DNA of 64,000 nt from an uncultured Acidobacteriota bacterium (GTDB lineage: Bacteria; Acidobacteriota; Thermoanaerobaculia; Multivoradales; SZUA-115): positions 320,001-384,000 of the forward strand of contig CAWDVR010000005.1 in the NCBI GenBank assembly GCA_963805975.1, read 5' to 3'. Below are positions 1 through 9,475 of this stretch, one piece after another. Below the pieces are notes generated by a model, which ran no database searches, was not told the DNA's origin, and saw nothing but the letters and a program-made list of their open reading frames with translations. The stretch's first letter is position 1, and the number at the start of each line of letters is the position of its first letter. A program made the position numbers and the translations under genes.

Positions 1-1038
1 GAGCCCGCGGCCCTCGGCCGAGAGCGGGTAGTCCAGCAGCATCCAGGCCGAACGGCGGTGGAAGCCGGGGCGCGCCGGCGGCGTGCGCTCGGGGTTGGGA
101 GCGCCCTCGTAGAGCACGCCGTCCGGGCCTGCCGCCCAGCTGCGCCGCACCCCGCTACTTTCCAGGGCGAGCTGGAACCAGCGAAAGCGCAGCAGCTTGG
201 CGCATTCGGCACGGATCTGGTCGGCGAGCGCCACGAGCTGCGGGCTGCCGGTGATCACCCGCTGGCCGGCGCGGCTCACTTCCTCGAGCTCGGAGGCCCG
301 CTGCTCGGCGGCGAGGACGCGCCGGCCGTTGCGGAAGGCCTCGAGCGAGAGCAGGGCGAGCACGGCGGCGAGGGCGAAGGCGAGGCTCGGGTTCTGCTCT
401 GCGCCGCCGCCGGCCGCCACGGTGGCGAGGGCGGCGCCGGCCCAGAACCCGCCGAGATCGAGGCCCAGCGGCGCGGCGACGGAGAGCGCTTCCGCCGGCT
501 CGCCGGGACGGTGCATGCGGTGGTCGAAGAAGCGCACGCCGATCGAGACCAGCAGATAGGCGGCGGCCGCGGCCGCCGTGGCGTCGAAGAGGATCGGGTT
601 GGCGGCCCCCGTCTCCCCCGCGGCGAGGTTCCAGGCGGCGCCGGCGGCGAGGGTGGCGAGCGCGGTCTGGAGAGCCGCGACTAGGGTGCGGCCCGGGTGC
701 CGCCGCTCGGGGGGCAGCAAGGGGTTGCTCCTCGCCAGGCCGCGGTGGACGAGCTCGATCGCGGTCACGGCGCCGCCGGCGGCGAGCGCCGCCGGCAGCA
801 CGCCCAGGAGCGTGAAGGCCGGCGGCAGCACCAGGGTACCGAGGCCCAGCCCCGAGCCCGCGAACGGCCGGTGCAGTCCGGCGGCGAGCGCCAGCCCGAG
901 GACGACGAAGAACTGCTCGACGCTGCCCAGGGCGCCGCGCGGCGCGAGCGAGGGCACCTGGCTCGCACCCGCCAGGGCGAGAGCGGTCAGGCCGCCCAGC
1001 GCCAACGGCCCCCAGGCACGGCGAGAGGGGACCTTCAC
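1..1038 (-). CDS. Multi-pass membrane sensor protein, probably followed by a GAF-like/signalling domain; runs off the window edge
   Basis: Manual translation from GTG 1038, which overlaps the lpxL stop (GTGA): VKVPSRRAWGPLALGGLTALAL..., several hydrophobic helices, then a soluble segment (EQRASELEEVSRAGQRV...). No stop before position 1. Confidence 0.55.
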   Translation of the reverse strand, partial: MKVPSRRAWGPLALGGLTALALAGASQVPSLAPRGALGSVEQFFVVLGLALAAGLHRPFAGSGLGLGTLVLPPAFTLLGVLPAALAAGGAVTAIELVHRGLARSNPLLPPERRHPGRTLVAALQTALATLAAGAAWNLAAGETGAANPILFDATAAAAAAYLLVSIGVRFFDHRMHRPGEPAEALSVAAPLGLDLGGFWAGAALATVAAGGGAEQNPSLAFALAAVLALLSLEAFRNGRRVLAAEQRASELEEVSRAGQRVITGSPQLVALADQIRAECAKLLRFRWFQLALESSGVRRSWAAGPDGVLYEGAPNPERTPPARPGFHRRSAWMLLDYPLSAEGRGL

Positions 1039-1925
1039 CCGCTCTCCTTCCACCGCCGGTGCATCCACATCCATTCCGCCGGCCGGCCGCGGATCTCGCG
1101 CTCGGTGGCTTCCAGGTAGAGGCGGGTCATGGCGAGGACGGCGGCCTCGTCCTTGGCGTCGCCCTCGGGCTCGATGGCCGGCCGCGCCACGAAGCGGTAG
1201 CGGCCTCCCGGCTCGCCGAAAGCGAAGATCGGCACCACCGGCGCTCCGGAACGGAGCGAGAGCCGCGCCAAGACCGGGGTAGCGAGCGACGGCCGGCCGA
1301 AGAACGGCGCCACGATGCCCTCGCTCGGCCGCACCCGCTGGTCGATCAGGATGCCCACGATGCCGCGCTCCTCGAGCGTCCGCAGCATGCCGCGCGCCGC
1401 GCCGCGCTTGGACAGGGTCAGATTGCCGAAGCGGCGCCGGAAAGCGGTGAGCTCGCGGTCGAGGTGGGGGTTGTCGAGCGGCCTTCCCACCACCGACAGG
1501 GGCCCGAAATAGGCGCCGGCGACGTGCGCGGCGATCTCCCAATGACCCAGGTGCGCCGAGAGGACGAAAAAGCCCCTGCCTCGTCCCTTGGCCTCGGCCA
1601 GGTGCTCCCACCCCTCGAGGGCCAGGCGCCGGCACAGAGCCGCCAGGTCGAAGCGCATCGCCGACAGGGTGTCGCAAAGGTTGGCCCCGAGATGCCTGAA
1701 GCTCTCGCGGGCCAGCCGCTCGCGCTCGTCTGCCGGAAGCTCCGGGAAGGCCAGGGCGAGGTTGGCACGTGTGACCTCGCGCCGGGACCCCGCCGCGAGC
1801 CAGGTGAGGTCGCCCAGGCGGCGGCCGAGGCCGCGTGCCGTCTGGTGCGGCAGGAGCCGCAGCAGGCCTCGCACCGCGAGGTAGGCGCCGTGCTCCAGGC
1901 GGTGGCGCACCGGGGCGTCCTTCAT
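1035..1925 (-). CDS. lpxL: Lipid A biosynthesis (lauroyl) acyltransferase
   Basis: SAHLGHWE (HxxxxE) and ILIDQR motifs, W-M-W-M-H-R-R-W-K C-terminus; operon with lpxK and waaA; start MKDAPVRH. Confidence 0.88.
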   Translation of the reverse strand: MKDAPVRHRLEHGAYLAVRGLLRLLPHQTARGLGRRLGDLTWLAAGSRREVTRANLALAFPELPADERERLARESFRHLGANLCDTLSAMRFDLAALCRRLALEGWEHLAEAKGRGRGFFVLSAHLGHWEIAAHVAGAYFGPLSVVGRPLDNPHLDRELTAFRRRFGNLTLSKRGAARGMLRTLEERGIVGILIDQRVRPSEGIVAPFFGRPSLATPVLARLSLRSGAPVVPIFAFGEPGGRYRFVARPAIEPEGDAKDEAAVLAMTRLYLEATEREIRGRPAEWMWMHRRWKESG

Positions 1926-3010
1926 CGGCTGTCCTTCGCCCCGTCCCGGCGGTCGAGGATCGAGCCCAGGCGCTGGTCGAGCCAGGCCCAGAAATCGGGC
2001 TCGGGCTCGGCGGCCATGGGCAGCTCGGCGAGGGGCACGGCGAGCGCCGCGCCCGCGAGCTTCACCGCGTCCTTCTCGGTCACCAGCACCGCGCGGGCGC
2101 CGGCCGCCGCGAGCTCCGCCTCGATCCGGTGAAGGCTCGCCCGGGGAAAGGCATGGTGGTCGGGAAACACGAGCTGACCCGCCACCTCGAAGCCCAAGCC
2201 CTCGGCCGCGGCGCGGAAGGCGGCCGGCCGCGCGATGCCGCTCGCGAGCAGCACCCGCGTGCCGGCCGGGAGCGGCGAGCCGTCGAGCTTGCGCACCGGT
2301 CCAAAGCGCGCCGGCGCCGCAAAGGCCGGTCCGCGAAAGCCGAAGCCGGCGAGCGACGCACCGAGCCCGCGAGCGTCCTCCGCGCACACGCCGGCCCCGG
2401 TCAGCAGGGCGGCGTCCGCCCGCGCCGCGGAGGAGAGCGGCTCGCGCAGGCGGCCGGAGGGCGGCAGCCGTCCGCCGCCGAAAGGGTCGGCGGCCGGGAA
2501 GGCGAGGAGGTCGAGATCCCGCCGTAGCGCCAAGTGCGAGAAGCCGTCATCGAGAAGGAAGACATCGGGCGGCGGCGACAGGCTGTCGAGCGCGGCGAGC
2601 CCGGCCCGGTAGCGGTCGGCGCCGACCACGACCGCGACTCCGGGGAGCGCCCGCGCCAGGAGCACGGGCTCGTCACCGGCCTCGCGGGGCGTGAGGAGAG
2701 GTCCGCGCTCGAAGGTCGAGACCCAGCGGATGCCCCGGCCGCTCCCGCCGTAGCCGCGGGACAGGATGGCGACGCGGTGGCCCCCAAGACCGGCGCCCGA
2801 ATCCCGCACGTGGGCGGCGAGGGCGGCGACCAGCGGTGTCTTGCCGGTGCCGCCCCAGTGCAGGTTGCCCACCGAGAGCACCGGCCGCGGCAGGGTCCGC
2901 GCGCGCGCCGCGTACCAGCGGCGGCGCAGGCGGTGTGCGCTGCCGTACAGCCTCTGCCAGGGCGAGCGGGGCTCGGCCGGCGCCGCGAAGGCTCTGGTGG
3001 GCTCGCTCAT
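1922..3010 (-). CDS. lpxK: Tetraacyldisaccharide 4'-kinase
   Basis: VGNLHWGGTGKTP, LSRGYG, GDEP, LDDGFSH, LREP, FPDHH and TEKDAVK motifs. Confidence 0.95.
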   Translation of the reverse strand: MSEPTRAFAAPAEPRSPWQRLYGSAHRLRRRWYAARARTLPRPVLSVGNLHWGGTGKTPLVAALAAHVRDSGAGLGGHRVAILSRGYGGSGRGIRWVSTFERGPLLTPREAGDEPVLLARALPGVAVVVGADRYRAGLAALDSLSPPPDVFLLDDGFSHLALRRDLDLLAFPAADPFGGGRLPPSGRLREPLSSAARADAALLTGAGVCAEDARGLGASLAGFGFRGPAFAAPARFGPVRKLDGSPLPAGTRVLLASGIARPAAFRAAAEGLGFEVAGQLVFPDHHAFPRASLHRIEAELAAAGARAVLVTEKDAVKLAGAALAVPLAELPMAAEPEPDFWAWLDQRLGSILDRRDGAKDSR

Positions 3011-4341
3011 CCGGCGGCGCGGCGCGGTACGGGGGCCTGAAGAAAGGGGGCCAGCAGCTCGAGGGTCCGCGCCAGGGCGCCGCGGTTCGCCTCGAGGAGC
3101 GCCGCGGCCCTGGCGCCCAGCGCTCCGGCGGCGGCCGGGTCGTCCAGCCACCCGCGCCAGGCGACGGCGAGCTCGGCGGCGGTCGCCACCCGCTGCCAGG
3201 CCTGCGCCTGGTCGAAGCGCTCGGCCATGTCGCGGAAGTTGTCCATCGCAGGGCCCACCGCCACCGGCACGCCGAAGCGGGCCGCCTCCAGGGGGTTGTG
3301 ACCGCCGGTGGGCACGAGTGTACCGCCGATGAATGCGCCGGCCGCCAGGCGATAGAGCGCGGCGAGCTCGCCCACGGTATCGAGCAACAGAGCGTCGAGC
3401 CGCACGGCATCGGTCACGGGCGCAGCCCGGGTTCCGAGCGCGCTGCGCCGCGCGGTGACGAGACCGCGTTGGAGGAGCAGCCGCTCGACGTCAGCGAAGC
3501 GCTCCGGATGGCGCGGGGCGAGGACCAGGAGGGCCCGTGACCCGCCCCCGGCGCCCGCGAAGGCGTCGAGCACGGCCTCCTCCTCGCCCGCCATGGTCGA
3601 GCCCGCGACCAGGATCGGCCGGCCGGCGGCGAGCTCGGTAAGGCGCGCCTCGAGGTCCGGCCGGGCCGCCGGCTCCGGGGTCTCGAACTTGAGGTTGCCG
3701 GTCACCGTCACCCTCTCGGCGGCGACTCCCAGGGCCAGCAGGCGATCTCGGTCGGCGTCCGTCTGCACCCCGAAGCGTTCGACCGTTCCAAAGAGCGGCC
3801 GGAGGAGCCGCGGCGCGCGGCGGGCCAGCCAGGAGAGGCGCGGAAAGCTCCGGTCGCTCAGCCGGCCGTTGACCACCGCCACCGGCACGCCGCGCTCGCG
3901 GCAGCGAGAGAGGAGGAGGGGCCAGTAGTCACCCTCGACCAGGATCAGGGCGCGCGGCGAATGGCGCCGGAGAAAGCGGCCGACGGGCAGGCCGAGGTCG
4001 AAGGGCAGGTAGGCGACCTCGGCCCGCCCGCCGAAGGCGGCCCTGGCCCGCTCCTGCCCGGTGGGGGTGATGGTGGTGATCAGGAGCGGCAGCTCGGCCG
4101 GCAGGGCGCGGGCCAGGGTTGCGGCCACGCCCACCTCGCCCACCGACACGGCATGGATCCAGAGCGGTTGCCGGTCCGGGGCCATCCCGGGCCGTCCGGA
4201 GCCCTGCCGGCGCCCCCCTTGCCAGCGCTCGGGGATCGTCCCCCAGTAGTGACGCCCGCGACGGGCCAGCTGGACCGGTCCGGCCAGAATCATGGCGACG
4301 GCCATCGCGGCCTGGTAGAGGACCCACAGGGCTCGCTGCAT
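3007..4341 (-). CDS. waaA: 3-deoxy-D-manno-octulosonic acid (Kdo) transferase
   Basis: WIHAVSVGE, TGNLKF, APRHPERF, DTVGEL and GGHNPLEAA motifs. Confidence 0.95.
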   Translation of the reverse strand: MQRALWVLYQAAMAVAMILAGPVQLARRGRHYWGTIPERWQGGRRQGSGRPGMAPDRQPLWIHAVSVGEVGVAATLARALPAELPLLITTITPTGQERARAAFGGRAEVAYLPFDLGLPVGRFLRRHSPRALILVEGDYWPLLLSRCRERGVPVAVVNGRLSDRSFPRLSWLARRAPRLLRPLFGTVERFGVQTDADRDRLLALGVAAERVTVTGNLKFETPEPAARPDLEARLTELAAGRPILVAGSTMAGEEEAVLDAFAGAGGGSRALLVLAPRHPERFADVERLLLQRGLVTARRSALGTRAAPVTDAVRLDALLLDTVGELAALYRLAAGAFIGGTLVPTGGHNPLEAARFGVPVAVGPAMDNFRDMAERFDQAQAWQRVATAAELAVAWRGWLDDPAAAGALGARAAALLEANRGALARTLELLAPFLQAPVPRRAAG

Positions 4342-4364
4342 CGGGAGGTTCCGTCGAGCCGGCG

Positions 4365-4372
4365 AGTATAAT
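4365..4372. promoter_or_regulatory. Overlapping divergent -10 boxes (TATAAT on +, TATACT on -)
   Basis: AGTATAAT in the short intergenic region between divergent waaA and the ECF sigma gene. Confidence 0.45.
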
Positions 4373-4416
4373 CGTCCTCTTTCGCGCTCGTCCGGGCGCG
4401 CATCCGAGCCCCTAGC

Positions 4417-5145
4417 GTGAGCGATAGCGACGAAACTACCCAGTCGGGCCCGCCCGCCGAGCCTAGACGGCCCCCGGAAGAGGACCGTACAAAGGAGCGA
4501 GGCCGAAATTTGCCCGAGCTAGCCTATTCATCCCACCGCCACCGCGTCGCCTGGTCCCAGGCGAGCGACCGCGACCTCCTGCTCGGTTTGAAGCAGGAGG
4601 ACGAGGCGGCGCTGAACGAGCTCATCAACCGCAAGACAGCGCCCCTGCTGCAGCTCGTCCAGCGCATCGTGGGCGACAGTGAGGAGGCCCGGGACGTCGT
4701 CCAGGTCACCTTCTTCAAGCTCTGGGAGAACCGCGACAAGTTCGACGAGCGCTGGAGCCCCAACACCTGGATCTACCGCATCGCCTCCAACCTGGCCATC
4801 GACCACTTCCGTTCCCGGCGCAGCCGCGAGCGCGTCGCCGAGCCGGTGCGCCATCACCTGCGGGCGGTGGCCGACGGGCAGTCGGGCAACGACCTGGCCC
4901 GGATCTCCGAGGCCGAGGTGGCGGGCATCTTCCGCGAGCTCTCCGCCGACCTGTCCGAGAAGCAGCGCCTGGTCTTCCTGCTGCGCGAGGTCGAAGGCCT
5001 GCCTTCGAACGAGGTCGCCGAGATCGCCGGCTGCCAGGAGTCCACGGTCCGAAATCATCTGTTCAACGCCCGCAAGCACTTGCGGACGGCGCTGATCCGC
5101 CGCTACCCCGAGTATGCGAGCCGCTGGCGCGGGGAGGAAGCGTGA
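4417..5145 (+). CDS. ECF-family RNA polymerase sigma factor
   Basis: Region 2 (EARDVVQVTF...WIYRIASNLAID) and region 4 (LSEKQRLVFLLREVEGL...STVRNHLFNARKHL). Confidence 0.92.
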   Translation: MSDSDETTQSGPPAEPRRPPEEDRTKERGRNLPELAYSSHRHRVAWSQASDRDLLLGLKQEDEAALNELINRKTAPLLQLVQRIVGDSEEARDVVQVTFFKLWENRDKFDERWSPNTWIYRIASNLAIDHFRSRRSRERVAEPVRHHLRAVADGQSGNDLARISEAEVAGIFRELSADLSEKQRLVFLLREVEGLPSNEVAEIAGCQESTVRNHLFNARKHLRTALIRRYPEYASRWRGEEA

Positions 5146-5726
5146 GCTGCCCCGACTGGCGCCATCTGGTGGCGGAGCGGGAGGCGGGAGCGGGCGACGC
5201 GGGCCCGGCCTGGGCCGCGGCCCGCCAGCACCTGTGCTCCTGCCCGCGCTGCCGCGAGGTGGCCCTCGCCGCCGATCCGACCCTGATCTTCCTGCGCCTG
5301 CCGGCGCCCACGGTCCCGGCCGCCGAGGTCACGTCCATGCAGCAGGGGGTCGCGGCCATGATCCGCGCCAGCCGGGTCCGTGCCAGTGGGGTAACGACCG
5401 TTCCCGCCGGGCGCCTGTTCGACCCGCGGCCGGCCCACCGCTTGGGCGGTGCGATGCGCTGGGCACGCCCCGCCGCGGCCGCGGCTCTGTTCGCGATCGG
5501 CGTGCTCCAGGCCCCGGTGGCCAGAGAGAGCGTGGCGAAGAGCTTCATCGCTCGTTCCCCGGCCTCGTCCCTGGTAGAAACCGGCTCGGGGCGCTCGTTC
5601 CCGGCCGTTGCCGCCTCGACCGGCTCGATCCTAGAGGATCTCGACCTTCCCGACGCGCGGGTCTACGAGGTCGCCTCCGAGGAGATGCAGGTGGTGATGG
5701 TCGTGGATTCGAGCCTGGACCTGTGA
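5142..5726 (+). CDS. Putative zinc-binding anti-sigma factor
   Basis: N-terminal C...HLxxCxxC (HLCSCPRC) motif, one TM helix, coupled to the sigma gene by a GTGA overlap. Confidence 0.7.
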   Translation: MSCPDWRHLVAEREAGAGDAGPAWAAARQHLCSCPRCREVALAADPTLIFLRLPAPTVPAAEVTSMQQGVAAMIRASRVRASGVTTVPAGRLFDPRPAHRLGGAMRWARPAAAAALFAIGVLQAPVARESVAKSFIARSPASSLVETGSGRSFPAVAASTGSILEDLDLPDARVYEVASEEMQVVMVVDSSLDL

Positions 5727-6499
5727 TGCCATCCCTATCCACGAGCGGCCGGCCTTTCGCGGCGGCCGGGCCCTTCATGTGCTCTCGCCGCACACCCGGA
5801 GCGCTGATTCTGGCGCTCGCCCTCGCTTTCGGGGCCGCCGCCGCTGGGGCGGCTCCCAAGGTGCCGCCGGCGCCGAGGATGGAGCTCTACGCCTACGAGC
5901 TGGAGCACCAGCGGGCGGACGAGGCCTTCGCCGTGGTCCAGCCGCTCCTCTCCTCCTCGGGCACACTCGAGCTGCGGCCCAAGGACAACACGCTGGTGAT
6001 CCGCGACACCCGCGCGACGCTCGGCAAGGTGGTGGCGGCGCTCAGGGCTTTCGATCATCCGTCCCGTGATCTCGAGATCGAGGTCACCATGGTGCAGGCG
6101 ACGCGGGCCTCCTTCTCGCCGCTCCTCGCCGACCAGGCGCTGTCGCCCGAGCTCGCCTCACGCCTCAAGCTGATGCTCCCCTTCTCCAATTACCGGGTGC
6201 TGGCCACCACCCTCCTCCATGCCCGCGAGGGCGAGGAGGTCACCTACGAGATCGGCGAGGGCTTCAGCGTCCGGTTCCGTACCGGTGTGGTGCGCCCCGG
6301 GGTCGGCGGAGAAGGCCACCAGATGCTCAAGCTCAACGGCTTCCGCCTGTCGCGGGAGGGCGGCGGCGCGCCGAAGTCGCTGCTGTCGACCACCATGAGC
6401 CTGCAGCTCGACAAACCCATGGCCCTGACCTTGGCCGGCAGCGAAGCCTCGAGCACCGCCCTGGTAGTGGTGCTCGAGCCCCGCCTGGACGGGAACTGA
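5726..6499 (+). CDS. Exported protein with a single secretin-N (NolW-like) domain and no secretin barrel
   Basis: Signal-like hydrophobic stretch, then YELEHQRADEAFAVVQPLLS...NTLVIRDT...LRAFD, typical of Secretin_N repeats. Confidence 0.65.
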   Translation: MPSLSTSGRPFAAAGPFMCSRRTPGALILALALAFGAAAAGAAPKVPPAPRMELYAYELEHQRADEAFAVVQPLLSSSGTLELRPKDNTLVIRDTRATLGKVVAALRAFDHPSRDLEIEVTMVQATRASFSPLLADQALSPELASRLKLMLPFSNYRVLATTLLHAREGEEVTYEIGEGFSVRFRTGVVRPGVGGEGHQMLKLNGFRLSREGGGAPKSLLSTTMSLQLDKPMALTLAGSEASSTALVVVLEPRLDGN

Positions 6500-6547
6500 G
6501 CCCGAGCCCGGCATCCGCCGCGAAGCGTCCTTTCTACCCAGCCCGCC

Positions 6548-7765
6548 ATGCAGTATCTCTGCCGCTTAGGTTTGCCCGACGGCCGCGTCGTCGAGGAGAT
6601 CCATCAGGGTCGCGACGAGAGCTCGCTGGTCGCGGAGCTCGAGCGCCGGGGCCTGCACGTCTTCGAAGCGCGTCCGCGCGGCATCTCGCTCGCCCGCCTG
6701 GTGCCCTCCGGGCGGCGCTCGAAGAAGGTTCTGTCGCCGACCGAGTTCCTGATCTTCAACCAGGAGCTGGCGGCGCTCCTGAAGGCCGGCCTGCCGCTCC
6801 TCCAGGCGCTCGAGCTGATGCTGGAGCGCATGCGTCCCGGCCGCTTCCGGGAGATCCTGACCGACGTGCGCGAGCGCATCAAGGGGGGCGAGGAGCTGTC
6901 CGACGCGTTCGAGACCTACGGCGAGTTCTTTCCTCGCCTCTACCCGGCCTCGCTCAAGGCGGGCGAGAAGAGCGGCGAGCTCGAGAAGGTGCTGCGCCGC
7001 TTCGTCCGCTACCTGAAGCTGGTGACCGACGCCCGGAAGCGCATGGTCTCGGCGCTGGTCTACCCGGCGGTCCTGGTCGGCCTGTCGGGCGCCATGATCC
7101 TCACGCTGTCGATCGCGGTGGTGCCGCAGTTCCAGGACTTCTTCGACCAGATGAAGGTCGATCTGCCCCTGATCAGCAAGATCACCCTCGGGGTCTCGCT
7201 CTTCCTGGTCCACAACCTGGTGCTGATCGCGAGCGTGCTGGCAGTGAGCATCTTCCTCTTCCTGCGCTGGAAGCGGACCGCTGCCGGCACCGTGGCCCTC
7301 GACCACGCGAAGCTCCGCCTGCCGCTCCTGGGCTCGGTGCTGCACCGCTTCTCGCTGTCGGAGTTCTCCCGCTCGCTGTCGACGCTTCTCGCCGGCGGCA
7401 TCCCGCTGGTCGCCTCCTTCGAGATCGCCACCCGCGCGGTGAGCAACCAGTACGTGCGCCGGCGCCTCGAGCCGGCGATCGACCGCGTGCGCGAGGGCCG
7501 CGCCTTCCACATCGCGCTCGAAGAGAGCGGCGTCTTCCTGCCGCTCGGCATCGAGCTGGTGAAGGTGGGGGAGTCGACCGGCGCCCTCGACGAGATGCTG
7601 GGGACGGTGTCGGACTTTTTCGACGAGGAGGTGGAGACCCGGATGCAGCGCCTGCTGTCGCTGGTCGAGCCCCTGATGCTGGTGTTCCTGGGGCTGGTGA
7701 TCGCCATCATCCTGATCTCGATCTACCTGCCGCTCTTCGCCTCGCTGTCGCAGTCGCAGTTCTAG
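6548..7765 (+). CDS. pilC: T2SS/T4P inner-membrane platform protein (GspF/PilC)
   Basis: LKAGLPLLQAL, AGEKSGELE, ALVYP, GESTGAL and LVEP motifs; two T2SSF repeats. Confidence 0.92.
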   Translation: MQYLCRLGLPDGRVVEEIHQGRDESSLVAELERRGLHVFEARPRGISLARLVPSGRRSKKVLSPTEFLIFNQELAALLKAGLPLLQALELMLERMRPGRFREILTDVRERIKGGEELSDAFETYGEFFPRLYPASLKAGEKSGELEKVLRRFVRYLKLVTDARKRMVSALVYPAVLVGLSGAMILTLSIAVVPQFQDFFDQMKVDLPLISKITLGVSLFLVHNLVLIASVLAVSIFLFLRWKRTAAGTVALDHAKLRLPLLGSVLHRFSLSEFSRSLSTLLAGGIPLVASFEIATRAVSNQYVRRRLEPAIDRVREGRAFHIALEESGVFLPLGIELVKVGESTGALDEMLGTVSDFFDEEVETRMQRLLSLVEPLMLVFLGLVIAIILISIYLPLFASLSQSQF

Positions 7766-7837
7766 GGCGCCGCTAGACGCCCCGTGACCAGGCTTCGTTA
7801 GTAAGATGGAACGTCTGTCCGACCCCGAGAGAGCCCC

Positions 7838-9475
7838 ATGGCCGTCAACCTGACCCTAGCCGAGCCCGAGACCATCGAACAGGCGCAGGAGCGCCTGGCG
7901 CGCGAGCGCCGGGAGGCGGCGGAGATCGCTCACCGCTACGGGCTCGATCTGGTGGACATGGCGGCCTTCCGCATCGACAACGACCTCTTCCGCTCGATCC
8001 CCTTCGACCTCATGCTGCGCTACGGGTTCCTGCCCGAGGCGCAGCTCGCCGGGCGGCTGGCGGTGGTCATGGCCGACCCCACGGACGTGGTCAAGCTCGA
8101 CGAGATGGAGCTGCTCCTGGGCCAGCCGGTCGAGGTCAAGGTCGGCGCCCGCTCGGCGATCGACGAGATCCTGCAGAAGTCGGAGAGCACCCAGCGGGTG
8201 CTCGACGAGGCGACCGAGGACTTCCGCATCCAGCTCGTGCAGGAGGACGAAGAGGGCGAAGAGGTGCTGTCGATCGACAGCATCACGGCCGACACCAGCC
8301 CGATCATCAAGCTCATCGACTCGACGGTCTTCAACGCCATCCAGCGGCGGGCGAGCGACATCCACATCGAGACCCGCGACACCGAGGTGATCATCAAGTA
8401 CCGCATCGACGGCGTGCTCTACCAGGCCATGGAGCCGATCGACAAGCGGCACCACCAGACGATCATCAGCCGCATCAAGGTGATGTCCGAGCTCGACATC
8501 GCCGAGAAACGGATCCCCCAGGACGGCCGCTTCAAGCTGCGGCTCAAAGGCCGCACCATCGACTTCCGCGTCTCCGTGATGCCCTCGGTGCACGGCGAGG
8601 ACTGCGTGATCCGAATCCTCGACAAGGAGTCGATGAACAAGGAGTTCAAGAACCTGCGGCTGGACATCCTGGGCTTCGACGAAGAGACCATGCGCAAGCT
8701 GCGCAAGTTCATCCGCGAGCCCTACGGCATGGTGCTGGTCACCGGACCGACCGGCTCCGGCAAGACCACCACGCTCTACGCCGCGCTCTCCGAGATCCAG
8801 AGCTCCGAGGACAAGATCATCACCATCGAGGACCCCGTCGAGTACCAGCTGCGGGGCATCACCCAGATCCCGGTCAACGAGAAGAAGGGCCTGACCTTCG
8901 CCCGCGGCCTGCGCTCGATCCTGCGCCACGACCCGGACAAGATCATGGTCGGCGAGATCCGCGACGAGGACACGGCGCAGATCGCCATCCAGTCGGCGCT
9001 CACCGGCCACCTGGTGTTCACCACCGTGCACGCCAACAACGTGGTGGACGTGCTGGGCCGCTTCCTCAACATGAAGGTCGACCTCTACAACTTCGTCTCG
9101 GCCTTGAACTGCGTGCTGGCGCAGCGGCTGGTGAGAAAGATCTGCCCGCACTGCAAGAAGCCGGTGAAGGCCAGCCGGCAGCTCCTCGAGGAGAGCGGCA
9201 TCGACGTCGACAAGTACGCCGGCCAGACCTTCCACGAAGGCAGCGGCTGCATCGAGTGCAACGGCACCGGCTTTCTCGGCCGGCTGGCCATCTCCGAGCT
9301 CCTGGACCTCTCCGACCGCATCCGCGAGCTGATCCTCGAGCGGCGGCCGGCGTCCGAGATCAAACGCGCCGCCAAGGAGGAAGGCATGGTCTTCCTCCGT
9401 GAGTCGGCGCTCGAAAAGGTACTGGGCGGGATCACCACACTGCGTGAGATCAATAAATTTACCTTCGTGGAGTGA
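7838..9475 (+). CDS. pilB: T2SS/T4P assembly ATPase (GspE/PilB)
   Basis: ASDIHIE, PQDGR, Walker A GPTGSGKTTT, TIEDPVE, LRHDPD, MVGEIRD, TGHLV and tetracysteine CPHC...CIEC. Confidence 0.95.
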   Translation: MAVNLTLAEPETIEQAQERLARERREAAEIAHRYGLDLVDMAAFRIDNDLFRSIPFDLMLRYGFLPEAQLAGRLAVVMADPTDVVKLDEMELLLGQPVEVKVGARSAIDEILQKSESTQRVLDEATEDFRIQLVQEDEEGEEVLSIDSITADTSPIIKLIDSTVFNAIQRRASDIHIETRDTEVIIKYRIDGVLYQAMEPIDKRHHQTIISRIKVMSELDIAEKRIPQDGRFKLRLKGRTIDFRVSVMPSVHGEDCVIRILDKESMNKEFKNLRLDILGFDEETMRKLRKFIREPYGMVLVTGPTGSGKTTTLYAALSEIQSSEDKIITIEDPVEYQLRGITQIPVNEKKGLTFARGLRSILRHDPDKIMVGEIRDEDTAQIAIQSALTGHLVFTTVHANNVVDVLGRFLNMKVDLYNFVSALNCVLAQRLVRKICPHCKKPVKASRQLLEESGIDVDKYAGQTFHEGSGCIECNGTGFLGRLAISELLDLSDRIRELILERRPASEIKRAAKEEGMVFLRESALEKVLGGITTLREINKFTFVE

